Shown piece by piece: positions 25,696 to 32,000 of a stretch of 32,000 bases of DNA. Source of the DNA: Raphidiopsis brookii D9 (GTDB taxonomy: Bacteria; Cyanobacteriota; Cyanobacteriia; Cyanobacteriales; Nostocaceae); assembly GCA_000175855.1 (NCBI GenBank), contig ACYB01000001.1:5243-37242 (forward strand), in the 5' to 3' direction. Position 1 is the first letter of the stretch. Every line of letters begins with the position of its first letter. The notes under the pieces are model-generated. The model was given only the letters and a program-made list of their open reading frames with translations, was not told the origin of the DNA and made no database searches. A program made the translations under genes and the position numbers.

Positions 25696-26850
25696 ATGAA
25701 ATTAATTTGCTCTCAAAGCGATCTTAGTACCAATCTCGCCCTGGTCAGTCGTGCAGTGCCATCTAGACCCACCCATCCCATATTAGCTAATGTACTTTTG
25801 CAAGCAGATGAAAATACGAACCAAGTTAGTTTAACAGCTTTTGATTTAAGCTTAGGTATTCGTACCAGTTTCACTGCGGAGGTAATAGAAGGTGGAGCAA
25901 TTGCTCTCCCTGCTAAAATCTTAGTGGATATTACTTCCCGCTTACCAGAGGGGGATATTACCCTAGATAACCAGTCGGGGAGATCTAAGGCTAAGGCAGA
26001 AGGTATAAATTTTATTCTAAAGCCCAAAAATGGTAAGTACGAACTGCGGTCCATGGGGGCAGAAGAATTTCCCGAATTACCCCTAATTGAGAATTCCAAT
26101 GCCATTCAACTGACTACTGCGGCTCTAGTTGAGGGTTTAAAAGGTTCATTATTTGCTACTAGTAGTGATGAAACCAAGCAGGTTCTAACAGGGGTACATT
26201 TAACAGTTAAACAAGATGTTTTAGAATTTGCAGCTACGGATGGACATCGGCTAGCAGTGTTAGAAACCATTAATGAACGCCCCCTAGAAAATGATGAACA
26301 ACTAGAAGTGACCGTACCTGCCAGGGCATTACGAGAACTACAGAGGATGCTAAATCATAGCGCTTCAGAAGAAGCAGTGTCTTTGTACTTAGACGAAGGT
26401 CAAATAGTATTTGCTTGGCAAAATCAACGTTTAACTAGTCGCACCTTGGAGGGTCAATACCCTTCCTATAGACAATTAATACCTCGTCAGTTTGAAAGAC
26501 AACTGGTGTTAGAAAGAAAACAATTTATTAGCACTTTGGAACGAATTGCCATACTAGCTGACCAGAAAAATAATATTGTTAAAATCAATATTAATACTGG
26601 AGACCAGGAAATTACTTTATCATGTGAGGCTCAAGATGTAGGTAATGCTACTGAGTCTATGCCCGCACAAATTTCCGGAGAAGACATTGTTATTGCTTTT
26701 AATGTCAAATATTTACTAGAAGGACTCAAAGAATTGCCATCCACAGAAATTCAGATGCACTTGAATCAAAGTCTAACTCCGGTGATTTTTACCCCGTTAG
26801 GTGGTTTAAAGATGACCTATTTGGCTATGCCCGTACAGTTAAGAAATTAA
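25696..26850 (+). CDS. dnaN: DNA polymerase III subunit beta (sliding clamp)
   Basis: MKLICSQSDLSTNLALVSRAVPSRPTHPILANVLL is a canonical DnaN N-terminus. The length of about 384 aa and three-domain architecture fit, and ATDGHRLA is conserved. I prefer the ATG at 25696 to the GTG at 25684. Confidence 0.9.
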   Translation: MKLICSQSDLSTNLALVSRAVPSRPTHPILANVLLQADENTNQVSLTAFDLSLGIRTSFTAEVIEGGAIALPAKILVDITSRLPEGDITLDNQSGRSKAKAEGINFILKPKNGKYELRSMGAEEFPELPLIENSNAIQLTTAALVEGLKGSLFATSSDETKQVLTGVHLTVKQDVLEFAATDGHRLAVLETINERPLENDEQLEVTVPARALRELQRMLNHSASEEAVSLYLDEGQIVFAWQNQRLTSRTLEGQYPSYRQLIPRQFERQLVLERKQFISTLERIAILADQKNNIVKININTGDQEITLSCEAQDVGNATESMPAQISGEDIVIAFNVKYLLEGLKELPSTEIQMHLNQSLTPVIFTPLGGLKMTYLAMPVQLRN

Positions 26851-27018
26851 GCGGGTCTGCACTCAGTCAGCCTTGAGATTATCCAAAGAAATAATTTGGC
26901 AATCAATTACGCACAATCCTAATGACTATGATATAGTCTTAACAGATTGTTACCAAACTGTCACAAACCCCACGTCAAAAATTGGATATAATATAAGATT
27001 GAAGGAGAAGTAACTCAA

Positions 27019-27615
27019 ATGACACTCACTAGTCTTCGTGTTGGCCAACAAGCTCCCGACTTTGAGGCAACCGCTGTAGTAGACCAAGAATTTAAAAATA
27101 TCAAAATTGCCGACTATCGTGGCAAGTATGTGGTCTTGTTTTTCTACCCTCTAGACTTTACCTTTGTTTGTCCCACCGAGATCACGGCATTTAGCGATCG
27201 CTACGAAGAGTTTAAGAAATTGAACACAGAGGTATTAGGTATTTCTGTGGATAGTGAATTTTCTCACTTGGCGTGGATTCAAGCAGACCGCAAATCTGGT
27301 GGTGTGGGTGATTTAAACTATCCCCTGGTTTCGGATATTAAAAAAGAAATTAGCACTGCTTACAACGTTCTGGATCCCGATGCGGGGATTGCTTTGCGTG
27401 GTTTGTTTATCATTGACAAAGATGGAGTTATTCAACACGCCACTATAAATAACTTGGCTTTTGGTCGTAGCGTAGATGAAACTTTACGTGTATTACAAGC
27501 AGTTCAGCACGTACAATCCCATCCCGATGAAGTTTGTCCAGCTGGCTGGCAACCGGGAGAAAAGACCATGATTCCCGATCCTGTAAAGTCTAAGGTGTAC
27601 TTCGCAGCAGTATAA
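27019..27615 (+). CDS. Typical 2-Cys peroxiredoxin
   Basis: The peroxidatic Cys lies in [15 protein letters not shown] and the resolving Cys in EVCPAGW. AAGGAG lies upstream of the start. Confidence 0.9.
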   Translation: MTLTSLRVGQQAPDFEATAVVDQEFKNIKIADYRGKYVVLFFYPLDFTFVCPTEITAFSDRYEEFKKLNTEVLGISVDSEFSHLAWIQADRKSGGVGDLNYPLVSDIKKEISTAYNVLDPDAGIALRGLFIIDKDGVIQHATINNLAFGRSVDETLRVLQAVQHVQSHPDEVCPAGWQPGEKTMIPDPVKSKVYFAAV

Positions 27616-27624
27616 AGTGAAACA

Positions 27625-27663
27625 AACCAGCGGAGGGATTTTTCCCAACTGCTGGTTGTTTTT
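27625..27663. terminator. Bidirectional rho-independent terminator between convergent genes
   Basis: AACCAGC (27625-27631) pairs with GCTGGTT (27651-27657), with an inner GGG/CCC pairing. It is followed by GTTTTT on the plus strand and by TTTGTTT on the minus strand. Confidence 0.6.
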
Positions 27664-27684
27664 GGACAGAGTTCTATCCTTAAC

Positions 27685-28362
27685 TTATGTGATAGCTTTT
27701 CTCAATTGCTTGAGAGTATTACCAATACCGACAAAACTTTGGTCTTGAGACAGACGTTTGAGAGTTGGCGGATTGCTTTCGATAACAATACCGTTGTAAG
27801 CATTAATAGCAGCACTAAGTTTATTAATATTAACGCTGAATGCTGCACCTGCTTGTGCCACCGTAGTATTATCTTTCAGATTCTTAGCGCCAACCAACAT
27901 AGCACTTGGCAAAGACCCAGTCGAAGGTGAGAATAAACCATTAAGAGCATTTACCAAGGCTGCTGCTAGCTGTGGACTAATACCAGCGGTTGTCAGAGTA
28001 GCTGTAATTTGTGCAGCTGCTTCCTGAGATCCTGCACCCCCAGTCAGCAGTGAAGACAGGGCTGCGGTATTAGATGCGCCACCAAGAGATCCAAGTATAC
28101 CAGGAACCAGCTGATTTAATGCTGCCTGAGCTTGAGGCGAAACGGCCGGTGGTGGTGGTTGTGAGGGAATTGATGGTCCTATTGGTAGTGGTAGTGGTAC
28201 GTACGGTAATGTATTTCCACTGCTACCCCCCGGTTGTGTTTTGCCAATTGGTCCTGGTGATGCTTGGGGTGAGGCTTGAGCATCCCGATTGGTCAATTGC
28301 AAAGACGCTAATAAGAAGGGGAATAGGCTCAAGGCAAAAATGAGACTTTTGGGTTTTAACAT
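27685..28362 (-). CDS. Secreted hypothetical protein, Pro-rich then Ala/Gly/Ser-rich
   Basis: The signal peptide is MLKPKSLIFALSLFPFLLASLQLTNRDAQA. A proline-rich stretch follows (LPYVPLPLPIGPSIPSQPPPPAVSP), then an A/G/S/L-rich region. I could not recognise a family. Confidence 0.5.
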   Translation of the reverse strand: MLKPKSLIFALSLFPFLLASLQLTNRDAQASPQASPGPIGKTQPGGSSGNTLPYVPLPLPIGPSIPSQPPPPAVSPQAQAALNQLVPGILGSLGGASNTAALSSLLTGGAGSQEAAAQITATLTTAGISPQLAAALVNALNGLFSPSTGSLPSAMLVGAKNLKDNTTVAQAGAAFSVNINKLSAAINAYNGIVIESNPPTLKRLSQDQSFVGIGNTLKQLRKAIT

Positions 28363-28383
28363 GATGATATCTACTAACTTATT

Positions 28384-29376
28384 TTACTTAGGTAAAAAAT
28401 TGAAACCATAGCTGACGCTCAAAGAAAGTATGGTGCCACCAGGGCTATTATTAGTGATATCCGCACCCTGGGCTGTAATTATTAAAGGTATGGTGGGTAC
28501 GGGAACATAGGAAGCACCAAGGTTAAAACCTACTCCACTCCAACCGAAACCCACGCCCAATTGGGGTTCGACTTGCATACCCACACTGCCAAACACCCCT
28601 GTGCTAGCAAATCCTTGTCGGAATGGGCCACCGCCAGCACCGAAGGAAAAGGAGAAAGGCATTTTATTGACTTCATCATTTGGCTGCAACAGGGAGTAAC
28701 TAGTAACCACACCGTAAACGCCAGAAGGGGTAACACCATCAGTACCATACTGGGCAAAATAGTTCCAACCTGCGGCTACAGCTACCCGGTTATTGCCCTG
28801 AGCGTAGACAAGGCGGTGAACTTTCAGGTCAAAACTGCCATTGGATCCAAATTTTCTAATACTATTATTGCTAAAACCCAATTCCAGGGCACCAAATTTA
28901 CTAGAGTCCCCTATGCCAGCACCAACGTTGATACCACCATCTATTGTATCTCTGAGTTTACCAGGGGTTGTTCCTGTTAGTCCTATAAAAACATCACCCG
29001 TATTAGCACCGAAAGCGCTCATACCTGCAAAAGTGAGACCAGGGGGATAAGTGGGTTTTTGCGAACCCATTGTTTCGGTTTTTACCAAAGGTTCGATTAG
29101 TAGTTCCTGGCGAATTCTTGTCACTTCTTCCGGACTAATGTTTTCAGCCTGTGAAATCTTTTGTGGAGAAGCAATGGAGCTAGTTTCTTCAACGGAAATG
29201 GGAGTTAGGTTTAATAATTCTGCTGAAGGCTGATCACCTTCTTTGGCCAAGGTTGAACCTGCGGATAGTGCTGCTGTTAAAAGTAAGCCAGGTATTGCTC
29301 CCCTAAGCAATAGTCTGTGCCATCTATCACGGGCTATGACTGAATACTTTATGTTATTCAAGGTATGACTCCTCAC
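28384..29376 (-). CDS. Predicted outer-membrane beta-barrel protein (hypothetical)
   Basis: A long basic n-region and hydrophobic core (LLLRGAIPGLLLTAALSAGSTLA) precede a C-terminal roughly 220 aa of alternating Gly/aromatic amphipathic strands (GVGFGWSGVGFNLGASY.., LSLSVSYGFNF). It lies 21 nt upstream of the 27685-28362 gene on the same strand. Confidence 0.4.
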   Translation of the reverse strand: MRSHTLNNIKYSVIARDRWHRLLLRGAIPGLLLTAALSAGSTLAKEGDQPSAELLNLTPISVEETSSIASPQKISQAENISPEEVTRIRQELLIEPLVKTETMGSQKPTYPPGLTFAGMSAFGANTGDVFIGLTGTTPGKLRDTIDGGINVGAGIGDSSKFGALELGFSNNSIRKFGSNGSFDLKVHRLVYAQGNNRVAVAAGWNYFAQYGTDGVTPSGVYGVVTSYSLLQPNDEVNKMPFSFSFGAGGGPFRQGFASTGVFGSVGMQVEPQLGVGFGWSGVGFNLGASYVPVPTIPLIITAQGADITNNSPGGTILSLSVSYGFNFLPK

Positions 29377-29615
29377 TGGATGCTTTATAGCTGCAAGTTT
29401 GTGGACAAATGTCTAGACATTCCCCCAGACTAGTTAATATTAGATCTTAATATACAGTATCATGAAACCACTGATTCGCAAAGCTGCTAATTGTCAAGTT
29501 TTGTGTAAATTTTTGTTACCGTAGGGCAATCCTACAAAGAATGAGCTGAGTGCTAAAAGCTACTAAAAGCTAGGAGTGATAATTGGCCCCGGGGGATCAC
29601 CCAGAGCCAAAGATC

Positions 29616-32000
29616 TTAAATGCTCAATGTCAGAGCGAAAACTCCGTCATTGAAATCGTTGTTAGAGTATTGAGTGTAACTAACAGGTAAATCCTCAAAT
29701 CCATAGACACCGTTACCATAGGAGCGGAAGTGATGAGATCCGTCGGGATTAGCCGCGCCAAAGCTAAAATAGGCTACGGGTTCCTGAACAAATCTAGGTG
29801 CATTGTTAAATATGTCACCATTTTTTCCTTCAATATCAACTAGGTTTCGGACATATTGAGGTGCAGCGCTAAACCGATTTATGTCTCCCTGTTCAGCAGC
29901 GACGAAATCTTCTATTCCTTGATTACCCGGGAAGTAGGTTCCTCCATTGGCAATGGCAAAGGGAGCGTACAATTTGCCTGCAAGAACTGAAACACCTGAT
30001 CCCAATTGTGTTGCCGTGCTGGGAGTATCATTGCCACCAGCTCTCACTGCGAAGTTCTTAACTCTGGCAGTGGTGAGAGCATGAAGTGCATAATTGGCAT
30101 CTTCTGGTTTTAAAGTCTTACCTTGGTCATCCTTTATTTCACCCTGACTATTCAGCACCTCATAGAGTCCAATTATGTGATTAAAGTTAGATTTAGTGCC
30201 GTTTTGAACACTTGTAACTTCATCCGGAGTGGCAGATCCTCTGTTTGTATCTAAAATTACATTTCCGTTGGATTGTGCTGTGAAAATCAAACCTGTAGAG
30301 ATATTAACTTTGGGTGTAACTACATTGGGGTTGAAACGATTATCGTCAGTAAATTTGCTGATGAATGCATCATAGCCACTACCACTCTTGTTTTGCCCAT
30401 CGAGGTTGCCGTCAGTTCCACCGCCAACATATATGGAGCCATCTTTTCCAGTATTCAAGGTCCGGACAAAATCATTGCTAGGGGTAACTAACGTGTTTAT
30501 CCAAGACTGAGTGCCATCAACATTGTACTTACTGATAAAGCGATCGGATGATTGTATTCGTATAAGATCATCACTACTGGGACTACTGAAGTTCCTACTG
30601 TAAGTGCCAGTAAACCCGCCCACATAGATAGAGTTATTACTGCTAGTGCTTGCAAGTCCAAAATTATCTTTATCATCACCTAATAACTTTGTCCAAATTT
30701 TTGTCCCACCAGGATCGTATTTGCTAAGAAATGCATCAAACAAACCATTATTGGTTTGACCATCCAAATTTCCATCGGTAGCGCCGCTAACATATACATA
30801 CCCGAAACTGTCTACAGCTAAACTTGTAGCTATGTCACTACTAGATGTCCCTAATAAGCGTGTCCAAACCCTAGTACCATCCGAAGTATATTTAGTGATA
30901 AATGCATCGCCAGAAAGGCCGGAAGAATCGCCATTATAGTTTTCGCTATTCAGGTTACCTTGGGTAGAGCCAGCAGCATAGATGGATCCATCACTCCCAA
31001 GAACCACCGCATAAGCGAAATCATCACCACCAGTTGTCCCTAATGAGCGTCTCCAAACCAAATTACCATCCGAACTGTATTTAGCAATAACCGCATCATA
31101 TTTAGGAATAACGGCATTAGAGGAACCGCTTTCACGAGTTCCGCCTACAACATAAATAGAGCCGTCACTACCTGTGGTGATGGCTCGGCTGAGTATATCA
31201 TAGGAACTAGTTCCAAGATTCTTCTTCCAAACCTGAGTCCCATCTTCTGGTTTATTTTTAGTGATAAACCCCCCTTCGTTAGCAACATAGATAGAGCCGT
31301 CACTACCTGTGGTGACGGTAGAGTAGTCTTTAGCGTATGGCTTCTTCCAAACCTGAGTCCCATCTGGTTTATATTTAGCGATAAACCCCTCGGTTGTAAG
31401 AGTAGAACCCACAACATAGACAGAGTCATCAGTTCCCATAGCCAATCCGGTAGCAACTTCATTACTACCAACATTACCTAATAGTCTCGTCCAGTCTGGG
31501 GGATTTGTATTCTGTTCTACCTCTACTCCTTTGCCATCAATAGTTACCACGACCCGATCATCTTCTGCTTTTAACCGATCAATCTCATCCTTATTCAACT
31601 TTTTATCCGTCACCAAACCAGCAAAATATTCTCCCTCATCACCGGGAGTATCTATTTGATTAATCCTGCTATCAACAAAATGCCCTATTTCTTCTATAAG
31701 CACTTCTCTGATTTTTGATGATGTGCCATTTTCCATCAAATTGCTTGATAGATAAATCCTGTTCTCACTCGATGAGTAAGCACCATTAGCACTACCTAAA
31801 ATGCTGCTATCTAAAATCTCTATTTCCGGTAACTGGCTAAAATCCCCTATTTGCCACTGCGATCGCAGGATTTCCGCATTTTTTCTATTATATTCTGTGC
31901 CAAATGCTGCATACAAATACTCCCAGAAATCACTTGATAAAGAGAAAACCCAGAGTTGGTTTAATGCACTATTTAATGCCTGATTAGTTATTTTTGTCAC
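29616..32000 (-). CDS. Large exoprotein with SBBP beta-propeller repeats and a C-terminal DUF4114 domain (5' end beyond the window)
   Basis: The frame is open to base 32000. There are many repeats of the pattern GSDGSIYV.G.T.G.L......G..DAFI.KY..DGT..W...LGT, which is the SBBP pattern. The C-terminus AYFSFGAANPDGSHHFRSYGNGVYGFEDL......NDFNDGVFAL fits DUF4114. The N-terminal region contains LIEEIGHFVD..GDEGEYFA. Confidence 0.75.
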   Translation of the reverse strand: MTKITNQALNSALNQLWVFSLSSDFWEYLYAAFGTEYNRKNAEILRSQWQIGDFSQLPEIEILDSSILGSANGAYSSSENRIYLSSNLMENGTSSKIREVLIEEIGHFVDSRINQIDTPGDEGEYFAGLVTDKKLNKDEIDRLKAEDDRVVVTIDGKGVEVEQNTNPPDWTRLLGNVGSNEVATGLAMGTDDSVYVVGSTLTTEGFIAKYKPDGTQVWKKPYAKDYSTVTTGSDGSIYVANEGGFITKNKPEDGTQVWKKNLGTSSYDILSRAITTGSDGSIYVVGGTRESGSSNAVIPKYDAVIAKYSSDGNLVWRRSLGTTGGDDFAYAVVLGSDGSIYAAGSTQGNLNSENYNGDSSGLSGDAFITKYTSDGTRVWTRLLGTSSSDIATSLAVDSFGYVYVSGATDGNLDGQTNNGLFDAFLSKYDPGGTKIWTKLLGDDKDNFGLASTSSNNSIYVGGFTGTYSRNFSSPSSDDLIRIQSSDRFISKYNVDGTQSWINTLVTPSNDFVRTLNTGKDGSIYVGGGTDGNLDGQNKSGSGYDAFISKFTDDNRFNPNVVTPKVNISTGLIFTAQSNGNVILDTNRGSATPDEVTSVQNGTKSNFNHIIGLYEVLNSQGEIKDDQGKTLKPEDANYALHALTTARVKNFAVRAGGNDTPSTATQLGSGVSVLAGKLYAPFAIANGGTYFPGNQGIEDFVAAEQGDINRFSAAPQYVRNLVDIEGKNGDIFNNAPRFVQEPVAYFSFGAANPDGSHHFRSYGNGVYGFEDLPVSYTQYSNNDFNDGVFALTLSI

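Noticed and set aside
25713-26105. 130-aa minus-strand ORF
   Set aside because: It lies antisense to the well-supported dnaN and has no recognisable motifs.
28074-28980. Several plus-strand ORFs (89, 139 and 69 aa) opposite the two envelope genes
   Set aside because: They are shadow frames of Gly/Ala/Pro-rich coding sequence. The minus-strand genes have signal peptides and a coherent architecture.

Overview
This chromosomal segment looks like a filamentous (Nostocales-like) cyanobacterium. It is AT-rich and carries nine perfect HIP1 palindromes (GCGATCGC). Its gene content is typically cyanobacterial: a GUN4-domain protein, DUF29 paralogues, a cyanobacterial-type S1 and a 2-Cys peroxiredoxin. 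All family calls come from motif recognition by eye; no searches were run. The stretch 8.8-27.7 kb is mostly housekeeping: dnaX, rpsA, a HAD hydrolase, a TPR protein, a PstB-like ATPase, a NUDIX hydrolase, folK, a class A PBP, a TerB-like protein, rsmB, def, an HtrA protease, dnaN and 2-Cys Prx. Two patches look accessory. (1) 0.2-8.0 kb holds an intact, translationally coupled brxB-brxC pair (BREX components) with no brxA, pglX, pglZ or brxL in reach. It is followed by a 640-bp non-coding gap with a duplicated hairpin element and a small SD-preceded ORF, then a lone queE, a PD-(D/E)XK gene remnant, an AlbA_2/Schlafen-type ATPase and two tandem DUF29 genes. (2) 27.7-32 kb holds a secreted Pro/Ala/Gly-rich protein paired with a predicted beta-barrel, and a large SBBP-repeat/DUF4114 exoprotein that runs off the right edge. 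I recognised no tRNA, rRNA, CRISPR array, transposase or integrase. The best candidate for something undescribed is the orphan brxBC module and its neighbourhood. Other oddities are a PstB paralogue with degenerate catalytic motifs and no transporter partners, a PBP with a 72-bp tandem repeat encoding three Arg7 blocks, and a DUF1517-like gene paired with a lipoprotein carrying a Gly/Ser/Arg tail.
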